Under the pieces are notes generated by a model. The model was given only the letters and a program-made list of their open reading frames with translations. It was not told where the DNA came from and searched no databases. The translations under genes were made by a program, and so were the position numbers. From assembly GCF_006345805.1 (NCBI RefSeq), contig NC_043001.1, positions 99,882,001 to 99,946,000 on the forward strand: 64,000 bases of DNA, given 5' to 3'. Positions 1 to 11,741 of the stretch are shown one piece after another. Position 1 is the stretch's first letter. Each line of letters starts with the position of its first letter. The DNA comes from Octopus sinensis. Lineage: Eukaryota.

Positions 1-139
1 TTTAAGAGGAGGAAAAGAGCTGTGGTTGGGAAGATGTAGAGGAAGTGATTTGAAGATGGGATTGATTAAGGTGTGTGTATAATTAATAAAAAATGGAAAA
101 AAGAAGGACAAGAAAAACACCAAACATTTTACAGTGCTT

Positions 140-940
140 TTAAGTGGCACCTGCACTGACAGGGTCACTAAGTACTTGCAAGACAAAAACTTTTAAGAGG
201 GGAGGAGGCATCGGAGGCGGTGATAATGAAAACGTTATAGTGAGACAGATATAGGTGTCTTGCTTAAGAGGAAGTACAAGGCCGGAGAGAGAAAGATGAT
301 GAATGAAGACAGAAACAGGTGCACTAACACAAAGAAAATACATGGTTACCCAACCTGAGGGAGGTGCAGGAGGAGAGAGAGAGAGAAAGAGAAGGATACC
401 ACAGGATGTAGATGGTGGCAAAATGCCGGGCATACTCACAAGGAATAGGGATCAGCGTATAAAAGAGATGGTTGAGTAAAGGAAGAGAGAAAATATAGAT
501 AAGTGGCAAAAGACCTGAGTATATATAGATTTGGTGGGGCTACTGGATAGCAATGATACAGAGGAACAGAGGTGTGAGGACAGGATTGGGGAGTGAGAGC
601 TAGGCATAGTGAATAGAGGAGGAAATGCGTAAAAGAGAAGAGATGTAAATTGGTTTGTTGGGGTAGAGTGAGGGGAAAGTTTTCTTGTTAGTCCTGGGTG
701 GATTAGCAGATGGCAATAACAGAGTGAGACAAGGTATGTGGGTACAACACACAGGTTGGGGGCAAGCAGAGAGCAATGATACAGTGGCACTGGGCCAGGG
801 CCAAGAGGACAAGATTGGGGAGTGGGAAGTAATCATAGTACATGAAGTGGAAATGTAAGGAAGAGAAGGGATGTTGAGACGTAGTTTGATTTGTTGTGGT
901 AAAGTGTGTGAGAAGTTTTCTTAAGTGTGGGTGAGACACA
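140..940 (-). repeat. Copy of the long pyrimidine-rich 3' UTR of the local RTE LINE family
   Basis: The reverse complement of ~144-185 (TTTGTCTTGCAAGTACTTAGTGACCCTGTCAGTGCAGGTGCCAC) matches ~21348-21392 and ~40560-40610, which lie downstream of RTE ORF2 ends. The rest is CT-rich on the minus strand. Confidence 0.65.
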
Positions 941-1469
941 CAGCACTTCTAGAACTCAGTTTTGCTGATATAAGTAATAAAGGTGGCTTATTCACAATCT
1001 ACAACCAAAAAGCAGAACTATGGATGTCACTAAAGTGACCAAGGGTACTAGTTAGCTACAGCATTGCTAGAAATAAGAGTCAAAACAACTCTTAGCCATG
1101 ATAAGACACTTATCATATGACTGACAAGAGAGGTAAGCTCCCTACATTTTCTGGAACATATATATATATATTTTTCAAATCCAGTTTAATCAGATAGCTT
1201 TCCCTCCATCATCATGCACAACATCAGTCTTTCTCTTCCTCTCCTACTCCTGAGACCAACCCAACATTATGTCCTCCCCCCCTCTCTCTCTCCCTCTTGT
1301 ATATCTCCTGTCTACTGCCTCATCATTACTATTCTACTGCACTGCACTGTCAGTCATCTCCTACTCCCTCCTCACTATCTCCTCCATATTATTGTGCATC
1401 ACCATCACACAAGTGATGCAGCTTCTTTCCTCTCCATCACAAAAAACACATCTGGGGAAATGACAGACT

Positions 1470-1655
1470 TTGCTTTGGTTATGACAGTCAGCGTTCCAGT
1501 TGATTCAATTAACAGAACAGCCCACTCATGAAACTAACAAGCAAGTGGCTGAGCACTCCACAGACACGTATGCTCTTAATGTAGTTCTCGGGGAGATACA
1601 GCAGGATATACAGACTGTGACAAGGCTGGGCCCTATCAATTACAGGTGTTATTCA
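1470..1655 (-). mobile_element. Truncated, decayed copy of the tRNA-derived SINE seen at 42837-43217
   Basis: The reverse complement (…CCCCGAGAACTACATTAAGAGCATACGTGTCTGTGGAGTGCTCAGCCACTT…TCAACTGGAAC) aligns with 43085-43190. Confidence 0.85.
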
Positions 1656-2029
1656 AATTCTTTTACTTCTGACTCATGCTTCAAAGATATCAGTGTTGCT
1701 ACTCTGGTAACTATTTATCCTTTTTTCCATGTTAATTATTAACAAGGGAAAAATTCACACACACACACACCCATCCATCCATCCATCTAGCCATCCATAT
1801 ATATATATATATATATATATATGTTGCCCTGATTGCTTGCTAAATCCACAAGTTTTTTTAATTCTCTCCCTGTTTATTTCCTCGTGTACCTTTCTGTTGA
1901 AGAGCATAGGCTCAAAACGTAAAAGACTTTCTCACTTTCCCAAGCGTCAAGCTAATACACCTGTTTGTTGTTTATACCCCTGTCTTCGTCTTTTGTTTTT
2001 CTGTAAATTTCAGTTATATATATAATCCT

Positions 2030-2420
2030 CATCGTCATCATTTAATGTCTGGATGCCTTTCCTAATGTCAACCTCTTTACAGACTGCAGTGAGTGATTTT
2101 AAAGTGGCAAGAACATGGGCACTTTTATGTGGCACCAGCATGAGCACTTTTAGATGGCACTAGCATTGGCACTCTTACCCCCTGTAAAAAGCATCATCCG
2201 ATCGTGGCTAATGCCAGTGCCACCTGACTGGCTCCCATGCTGGTGGCTTGTAAAAAGCACCCACTACACTCTCAGAGTGGTTGGCATTAGGGAGGGCACC
2301 CAGCCGTAGAAACATTGCCAGATCAGATTGCAGTCTGGTGCAGCCTCCTGGCTTGTCAGTCCTTAGTCAAACCGTCCAACCCATGCCAGCGTGGAAAACG
2401 GACGTTAAATGATGACGATG
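2030..2420. mobile_element. Two RTE-tail/SINE-like repeat pieces in opposite orientation (minus ~2030-2170, plus ~2170-2420)
   Basis: The plus piece has AAAAGCACCCACTACACTCTC…GTGGTTGGCATTAGG…AAACCGTCCAACCCATGCCAGC…GTTAAATGATGACGATGAT. The minus piece has GGATGCCTTTCCTAATGTCAACC. Confidence 0.8.
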
Positions 2421-5400
2421 ATTATTCAGTGCATATTTGGTATAGATACGAACACAAATCTGAAAGCCAATATATTACATGTGTGTGTGTGTGTATTTAT
2501 GCTCACACCAGTTTAAAAACCAGTGGTGTTTATGTTATACCTGTTCTATGAAATTAGCAGTTCAACAAATAGAGATGGATGCAAAAAGTAACAAACTGAA
2601 ATAAGAACTGGAAATCACTGTAACTTATATAGTCTTTGAAGGTGGTGCTCCAGCATGGCCACTCTTATGGGTTTCAGTAATAGCAATAAGAGTAATAACA
2701 ACAACATGAGTCACATTGGTAGTCATAGCAACAGTTGTAACATTATGACAAATTTGTTTTGGAGTCTGTCCTTTTCGAAAATGAACAAGATGGGTGAGGA
2801 AAATGGGAGAGAGATGAAGTGGAATGAAAATGAAAGAAAATCAGAAATTATAGTGATACTGGAAAAATGTGTACACACATACACACACACATGCATGCAT
2901 GCATGAACACACACATACACACATAAGGAGTGCTAAATTGTGTGGTGTGTGAGTGGAAGTAAGAGAAAGAAAGAAAGAAAGAAAGAAGCAATAGTCAATG
3001 TAGACTGGAGGCAAAATGGAAGAATTGTGATCGAGAATAATGTTTTGCTTTTTAAAAGCAGAGATTTTCCACAAGATGTAAAGTTTTAAAAAAAAAATGC
3101 TGCAGTAAATAAAAAGAAAGAAAAGAGTTGATGTAGGAGGAGGAGGAGGAGGAGGAGGAAGAGGGGAGGAAAAAGAAAAGAAGAAAGAAAGAAGTAATTA
3201 AATGGAGAATTATGAAAGAATGACCGTGTGTGTGTGTGTGTGTGTGCGCGACAACACGTGCAGTACCATTGGCTGCACCTCTTCAACAAGCTACAATTTC
3301 CATGGTCGTATTGAAGTGAAAGATTTGACTATAATATTGAATAGTAATTACTTCTATTGTCCATTAACAGTGGCATGCAAGAAAACTCTTGCAGAGTAGT
3401 GTTCTGAGAGAAGTGGAGAAGTGGGATTAGGGGAGAGAGAGAGGGAGAGGAACAAAGGTAAACTGAATAATTTAGTGAAGAGAAAAATAGAGAATAAAGA
3501 GGACAGAAAGATAAAGACTAGAGAGGTCAAGCAGAGAAAGAGTGTGTGCATGTGGAATATAGTAGTATATTATAGTAATATGTTTGTGTGTGTGTGTGTG
3601 TGTAGTGGTGGTCTTAGCCGTATATACTGTGGTAGAGACAGACAATTAGATAGATAGATAAATAGATACACACAAATACCTATATATGCATACATATATT
3701 GATAAATCTATCTTTATACATATTGATGTGTATACGCACACACACATACAAACACAGAAATGGAGATAGAGTGATGATAAATTTATTTAAACAATCGGTG
3801 CGGTCAGGAAGCAAAGCATAAAGCCATTAGTTCACACTACAAAAAAATTTTGACAATGATGATGTTTTCCTTTCTGTCAACTGATATGCTATTAGCATAC
3901 CTGGCAGTGTAAGGTGTTGGATGTATTGGAAAGATGAGAAAAAGTTCAAGTTAGGTTCACTGAATTTTAACAGACCTGTCTTCTAGTGAATGTGTGAAGA
4001 AGTAAAACTGCTGGCATGCACTTCACGCTTTCCAGAAAGTTGAGAAATATTGAATTGTTCTTTCCTTATGAAGCTGAGGCGATGGCAGCCCTGCTCCTTT
4101 TTAACTAGGATATCCCCAGGGAAAATCTGTGAAGAGTTCATTTAGTAGAGATTAAACAGTAACTAATTAATTTCAGAAACCAGAATGCAAAGCTACTGAC
4201 CTGACCCAGTAGGACAATATCAGTTGCCCGGGGACATCACCTTTGCTCTCTATATAGGCAACTTTTTAGGGAGAAATGTAGATATAAACAAGGACAAATA
4301 GCTGTGTGGTTTTTGGTTTGGTTTTACTATGCAGTTCCTTGGGCAAATGTCTTGGATACTGATGCTGATGACAATGATGAAAATATTACATACACACAAA
4401 AATACTCAGAGTATGTAAAAAAAATGAAACACATTCAGCAATGAAGCAATCTCTTCATTATTTTTTTGACTTCCTTACATAAATTCTTAGAAATATCTTA
4501 CTTCATTTATATGTACATAAAAACAGGTGCACATAAAAAATGATGCAAAAAAAAAAAAAGACATGTCCTTATTTGTGTATAAATGTACAAATAACTGTGT
4601 TCTCTATGACAAGCAGATGTGGTGCTGAATGGGCTTTCATGCAAATAGACCCTACAAGTGATCGTGTTTGTATTTGTGTATACAAATGTATGAGCACATG
4701 AAAGCATTAAAGAAAAGCAGTCATTTATACTGATGTGAGGAGATATGATTAGGTAACTGTCAACTAGCAACAGGCACTTTCATCTTTTGTTAGTCTATTC
4801 TCCATCATAGAATAAATCTCTTCTTAGATACTCAGCTACCTGGTAAACAGTGCTAAGAGTGTTCAGGATCTCGTCTAGTATGGTATTATATATTGAAGTA
4901 AATGAAAAGCACTCCAATTAAGAGCTCAAAATTTTAACAACGGTGACACATAGAAAAAGTAGTTTTGATACTAAAAAGGTAAATGGGTCTGGCACAAGCA
5001 GCAGAGTACCACATGGAATATGGTATTTCATTTCTAACCTCATTGTATTCTAATTTTGAAAATCATTTGGGTTGACTCAATTCCTTACTTATACAGTTTA
5101 GGTATGTACCAGGTAAGCTAAATAGTAACATTAAGACAAAAACCCCAAAATTACTAGGAAGTATGAACAAAAAAATGACAAAGAACTTCCTAGTGTGGCT
5201 CAAATGCTTTTCAGAGAGGTTTTAATCAAACTTTTATTGCTAAACATTAAAAGTGACATCCAATATAATGACAGATGAAACGAGCCCAAGAATTGATATC
5301 TATATTTCCTCAAAATCAAACGAGGTCAGACTTGAAAGCATATAAATTATGTAACACCGAAAGATCTTCAGGAATAAATTTCCTTTTAAAGTTATTATTA

Positions 5401-6389
5401 ATGTGGTGTCCATTGTTCAGATTATTAATTTTATGCTTTGCATTTCAAACAGTACAATAGTTTGACCAACATAAGCGCTCTGATCATCTTCAGTTCCATA
5501 TGTGTGTGCATGTATGTGTGTTGCAGCAGCAGCTCAGTTGGTAAAGCTGAAAACTGTAGTGTGAATTCTGATGACTGTGGCATCATCGTTGTTGTTTAAT
5601 GTCTGTCTTTGTGCAATAGAAGTAGTTCCAGATTAAATTCTTTATCTGTATGACATACTTAACCAACATATATCATTGAAAAGTCAGAGGCTGCAGTGGT
5701 TCTCTTGACCTAAACTTGTGCTTTTACAAATCCTACCACAAACCTACTGAAAATCACACATACATAAGCAGTTTTGTCACTCCTTACACTCTTTAAAAAC
5801 CTTATAGCTAATATTAGTTACACAATATCTCTCCTATTGTAAGGAAATATTCAATAAGGAGATCCCTACTTTAATAATATTCTAGTTAACCATGGCTTCA
5901 AAGGGAACATAGCTTACATGCCTACCACAAAAAAGCACAAAGTCTAAAAACAAACCTGGCAGGATAATAAAATATCACTAACCATTGTTATTCCTATTCC
6001 AAAGGTACACAATCTAATCAAAAACTCAATTCCCTACCTTCCTTTTTCCCCCTAATTTCCTATTTTCATTTACTTTTTCATCTTCTCATTCTTTCTCAAC
6101 TTTTCTCAGAGAGTAGCCATGTTGTAATCTGAGCCTGAAAAATTGCATAATAGTCTGCTTTACAAACTCATTTGATAAGTGTACTATCTGACTATTGGAG
6201 CAGTAAACTTATAATAATAGCTCACATTTACATCCTATGTTTAATAAACATTTATCTCTTCTTTTGTTGATCCCACCAATAATGGAACAGTATGGATGTA
6301 CCTACATTTATGTAGTGTACCATTTTCAAATATTAATTTAATTTTATGCTTAACTTTTACTTTTTCTTATTATTTTAGTTTATTTTAGG

Positions 6390-7360
6390 TTTTGAAATTA
6401 AAAATAGAACAAAATGTAATGATTTTTTTATTGTATGAGTTTAAAGCAATGGAAACACCTGAAATATCAATCAAAAATTTACTCATTAGTCCATCAACAA
6501 CTTTTCTGTTCAACATTGGTTTCAAAAACTTTATAGGGGAGACCAATTCTCAAGAGCTATTAAGGGACTGTTACTGAAGCAAAATCATACAAAACAATTT
6601 GAGAGGTTTCAGAAGGATTAAACTTTGCTTCATAGGGGAAAATCAAAACTCATTAAATGGATTCTGGAAGAAATGAATAAGGTAAAAAAAAACCCTTTGA
6701 TGATGTTGCATCTTTTGCACAATAAAAACAATCCATTTCCAAATTTCACTGTGACATGTGCCAAAAGAAAAGAGGGCAGGGGGTTTCTGTATGGCAAATG
6801 ATAATGCTCCATGCAGTGGCTGGTCTGAAGTAAAGAACCAAAATACTTTCCCATATTGAAGCTGGATCAAAGGAAGGTTATTTCAATTTTTGTGGGGTGG
6901 GAGCAGTAAATGGAATCAGCCATTAATATTTCTTGAGTCCTTGCAAAACCAACAGAGAGGTATTGCCATAAAATTGGCAAACTGCACCAAAAACTGCATC
7001 AGTTACATCTGGCATTGATCAATTGAAAAGGACCAATTCTTTTTCACGACAAGAATTGACCATATGTTTCACAAATGGCTCTACAGAAATTGAATGAATT
7101 GAGTTACAAACTCATGCTCAATTAATTCTCTACAGTTTTCTCCTCCAGACTTCTGCATCTTCAAGCATCTTAATGCAAAAGATAACTTAATTCAAAAGAT
7201 CTTCAACAACAAGGCACTAGCATCATATGCCATCAAAGACTTAATTTGTTCCATAAATCTAGGATTGTATGCCATCAGAATATACATTTGCTTCATGTTA
7301 GCAAAAATGTGTAAATTCTAATGATTGTTTTGAGTAATAAAATTTATTGAGCTGACATAT
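6390..7360 (+). mobile_element. Decayed mariner transposase (Hsmar1/cecropia-like)
   Basis: Broken frames give IFLLYEFK, VQHWFQKLYRGD, VTC..K.FLYGK, KGPILFHDKN.PYVSQMALQKLNEL and FKHL…QKIFNN. These are collinear with mariner transposase motifs (LFEFK, VTCDEKWILYDN, KGPILLHDNARPHV..TLQKLNEL, FKHLDNFL). Confidence 0.85.
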
Positions 7361-7700
7361 ACCATATATACTCTTGTATATTTTACAGCAAAACCACATT
7401 TTTCTATCTCCCAAAGAGCCTGATACACATTATACATAAGTTTGCACATTATATGCAGGTACAAAAATCTAAATGTTATTGAATTGAGTTTAGTAATTAC
7501 AAAAGTTCTTAAACAAACTTTTCTTCTTAACTTCTGAATGCTGATTATAGTTTTAATTAAATTTGAACTGTTAGGGAGAACTTTGTAAGACGTATTCTAT
7601 AATAACTGTGCTTTGTAATTGCTTTTGTTTTTTAAGGAAATCTTTTTGTAACTCCGCACTGATAACATACATCCACTTTGGTTATTTTATATTTCAACAA

Positions 7701-7741
<41 letters not shown>

Positions 7742-7849
7742 CCCTCTGTGCTTCACCTTACTGTGATTGATTGTGCACAACTTCTTAAATACAGAAAAAT
7801 CAGATCACACTCATTTTTCATTACACAGATATCATCTCCAGTATGAGTG

Positions 7850-9000
7850 CTGTGAAGTATAGTAATTTTTATACAAGTGGAGAAAAATTTAAAGTAATTA
7901 AAGGGAAAAGAAATTGTGAATCATCCAGCTAATTATATTCGGTCGTGGTGAAAATAAGTCAAAAATTAAGCACTGCATCTAGAAATTGAAAAGCATTTAG
8001 AGGAAAAGCTGCAGTTTTCCTGAGTTAGAAACAGAAATGAAGAAATATTTTCCTGATTTGAGAGACAGTGGCTGAACTATTTCAAGTGAAAGGTTGAGCA
8101 TTTCAAACTTTACAACTAAAGCATAATTTGATTATTAAATCTCATTCCAAGACAAATTCTCAGTGTTTGTGTCAATATCCTGACAACTTTATAGAAGAAA
8201 CATTTAATTCCAATTAATTAATATTGATCTGCAAAAGACAATCTCATATTTACTTCATCGAATTGGGAATTCTGATCAAATGCCAGAGTGTTTTGAAATG
8301 TCAGCTGATAAAACACATGACAGACCTGGAACTAAAGCTGTATGTGTTTGTACAGGTGGCAATGAAAAACAGTTTTGTACAGTAATGTTTGCTTTTAACT
8401 ATCTGCTTATGTCATATTTGAATGTCAAATGCTAGCGAAAGTGATTAAATTTACAAATAATGCTGTTGTTCAAGTTAATGACAAGGAATATGTAACTATA
8501 TGTTTGGAGAGTGGATTTGTTTCATTTGGAACGATTATACTTGTTCTTTGCTAAAATCCAAATCAGTGCCTATATTAGATTCTTGTAATGACCAGTATGG
8601 AGATGATGTTAAAAAATGGACCACAACAGCATACTATAAACCTGTTGCCATTCCTGATGAGCTAAAGACCATTTTACATGTCTGCATCAATGGAAAAAAT
8701 GTTCACAACCTGATTGTGTTGCATTCTGAACATATAACTAATCACAACCTTGACTTTTCTGCTTTAGGCAAATATCAAAAAGCCTTTACTGCAGCAAATT
8801 GTATCATAGATAAAGGAAACATAAGACTATTGATTTCGACATGAGAGCTTCACACTTTAAAAGATAGAACGCACTTTTGTGAATCAGAAGATAACACTAC
8901 ATGGCAAAAAGACGGTGATGATGAAACAAATATAAGTGAACAACCATGGGAAGCAGTATTGATTCAGCGTTTGATAACAATGGATCATGTGATGCTATTG
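7850..9000 (+). mobile_element. Decayed pogo-family (DDE_1/CENP-B-like) transposase
   Basis: Fragments are FRGKAA.FPELETEMKKY (HTH), IGNSDQMPECFEMSADKT, CTGGNEKQFCTVMFAF, and ORF 8500-8844 (EWICFIWN…LLKSKSVPILDS…VKK…VAIPDEL…VCIN). They match the pogo GNxDQTPxxFDM, TGxEKxxxTVML and DDE_1 segments. Confidence 0.75.
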
Positions 9001-10109
9001 ATTAAAATAAACTTTAGCAACAGTCAAAATCTAAAAGCAGAAATGCAAGGGAGATAATTTCAATAATATCAGCTGATTGAAATTTTTGGAAAATAAGGAC
9101 AAAGCTGTTTGAATATTGAACTCAAGTGTTTAAAGGCATAATTCAATCTTACAAGGACTCATCACTGAAACATTTACCTGAGTCAATTTAGAAGTGATCA
9201 ACTGTATATAAAAACAGAGCTAAAAAAAATACATAGTAGAAGCCATCATCATCATCACCATTATTGTCTTATGATAATTCTGTTTGTTATTGCATTACTT
9301 AGCCTGTTGGTAATGCTTTCACATTATTAGAGAAAAAGAGGGAGGGAGAAGCATCAACGATGTGAGGTAGAGGGAACATAATTGTAATGCTTTCATGTGA
9401 TTAAAGGGAAAAGAGAGAAGAAAAAGGAAAGAGAAAAAGAGGACAATGCAATGAGTGAGGCAGAAAGAGGGTGAAAGAGAGAGATAAAAAGACAGAGAGA
9501 GAAGCATCCATGATGTGAGATAGGAGGAATGTAATAATTTTAGAAGGTGATGTTCTGATGGTGAAGTTGAAGAAAGGCAGAGAAAAAGGGAAGAGAGAGA
9601 GTGGGAGGGAGAGGGAGAGAGAAAAAGGTGGTTGTGGTGGATGTGGGGATTGGATAGTGAAAAGTGTATTATTTTAAATTGAACTAAGTGTTTTTATATC
9701 ACTTATCACTTAACGCATGCGCTTTAGTGCAATTCCGTGAGATACTCATGCTTATTTACATGGCAGACAATTTAACTAAAGGTTGTATCATATGTACAGG
9801 ATATTTTTGTTTATGGAAAAAATGGAAAAGTAAGAGTGAATATTATTTTATGAGCGCTGTGTATTAAGTCTATGAAATTGTTCATAAAGTATATTAAGCG
9901 TATATATAAAATGAATTAATCAACAAATTCCAATTTCTTTCACTTTACAATAATGAGCAGATGAGCAACTATCTCCCCATACAGACACAACACAGGCTAC
10001 ACTTTCAGGTTTTTTGGATGAAGTTTTCAGAAATAACCCAATAGGTTTACCATTAATTCTGTCAAATATTCACGGTTCCCACTAGTTGTATTAATGTATT
10101 AATTCTGTA

Positions 10110-10275
10110 GCATCCCCCAGCTGGATGGGATTCTGGTCCATTGCACAATTGCTCATTTTTGACAGCTGAGAGGAATTGAGCAATGTGGAATTGAGCAAAG
10201 TGTTTGCTCAAGAACACAACACATTGCTCAGTCCAGAAAATGAAACCACAATCTTATGACCATGAGTACAACACC
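10110..10275 (-). mobile_element. Decayed tRNA-derived SINE
   Basis: The reverse complement starts GTGGTTGGGTGGTTAAGGTGTTGTACTCATGGTCATAAGATTGTGGTTTCATTTTCTGG (A/B-box-like). It continues GTGTTCTTGAGCAAACACTT and GCAATGGACCAGAATCCCATCCAGCTGGGGG, which resemble CORE/V-type central segments. Confidence 0.65.
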
Positions 10276-11096
10276 TTAACCACCCAACCACATGCACAAA
10301 CACACAAACACACAAGAATTTCTCATGTGCAATATGTAAGCTGATATTATTGGAGTCATTTCCTATGTTGTTTTAAAAAGTGCTAAGAATTTTGTAGGAA
10401 TTTATTTATAATATCTCTTCTTTGTAACTCTGCATTACTGAGACATATCTACGTCTGTGGAAGTGGTATCAATAGACATTTCCCATTTCAATAATTTGAA
10501 GCATTGCGATAGTAAATAGTAAAAAACAACAAAAAACATTGAAAATGTATAAAGAAGAGGCATATTCTCTTGCCCCAAACATGCAAAAGCATCAGCAGTC
10601 ATTTCCTTTTGGTATCTTTATAGGGATCCCAATAAAGAAAATGTTCAAGATGGCTTGGCTAGTGTGGGGCGTAAACAAACAAAATATATTTTGTTTATCA
10701 ACGCTTTACATATGGTAGAATTTCAATAATATCAGCTGATCGAAAATTTTGGAAAAAAGGACAAAGCCTTGAAAAAAAAAATAAATAAATAAAAGGTCTG
10801 CCATAGAAAAATTTTTTTAATTCCTGAACATAAATATAGTAATGACTACAAATTTCATATAGAGAGAGTTTGAATGAGAAATCTGTTTGAATTCCCTCTT
10901 ATCTGAATGTCAGTGTTTTTAATGGTAACTTCCTTGGGCTGGTTAAACTTTATCGTTTTGGGATCCTATCCTTGAAACCTATGTCAGGAAGGTCAAAGAA
11001 AACCATGAAGAAAGGTTGCCAGCATTTTATTTTCCAACTACTTCAAAAAAAGAACATCTTCCTGTGCATCATGTATTCTAGTTTATATAATAATAG

Positions 11097-11179
11097 GTTC
11101 AGAACAGGGAGAAAATTACATAGGACAAACAGAAATGCATGACATTGCATGGAGAGCAAATTCGATTTCCCAGTTACTG
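11097..11179 (+). CDS. Candidate internal coding exon of an unidentified gene (xSEQGENYIGQTEMHDIAWRANSISQLL)
   Basis: AG at 11095-96, an open frame of 2 nt + 27 codons, and a GTAAAT donor at 11180. The polypyrimidine tract is weak and I recognise no homology. Confidence 0.3.
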
Positions 11180-11741
11180 GTAAATATCGCACAGTGAACT
11201 TACAGATATTTCTGCTGGAAATTATCAACCAACTTCAAGATTTTTTCTATTGTAGTAATGAAATGTTTTAACAACAGCAGATAAATAAGGTGTTTGTATT
11301 CCATGAAAAACATTGACCATATTCACATATGCAGATTCAATCTTAATTACATTTATATTCAATCAATTAATCTTAATTATTATATTTACATTTAATTTCT
11401 TTTGATTGCATGTATATTTATTACTATTATTAACTGTAAAAGTGAATATTCCAAATATTTGATCCTTTGTTAACTGCTAACAACAATATTTTACAACCTC
11501 TGTCACGAGAACATTTATTTATGAAATTAGAACATCCAACAGCTCATTATGAAATCATAAAAATTATAGCAACATTAATTAAAAAAATCATCAAGTTATA
11601 TTAAAAAGAAAGTGAAACCTGTAGATTCATAATATACATAATATTTCATAAAGTTATATCACGAAGATTTCAATGCATTTTCTTGTCTGTTTTCAATATA
11701 ATTTACCACATGAAAATTCACAGATTTTTATTCAATATAGA

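Noticed and set aside
1500-1742. ORF MIQLTEQPTHETNKQVAEHSTDTYALN… looked exon-like
   Set aside because: It is the antisense reading of a SINE copy homologous to 43085-43190.
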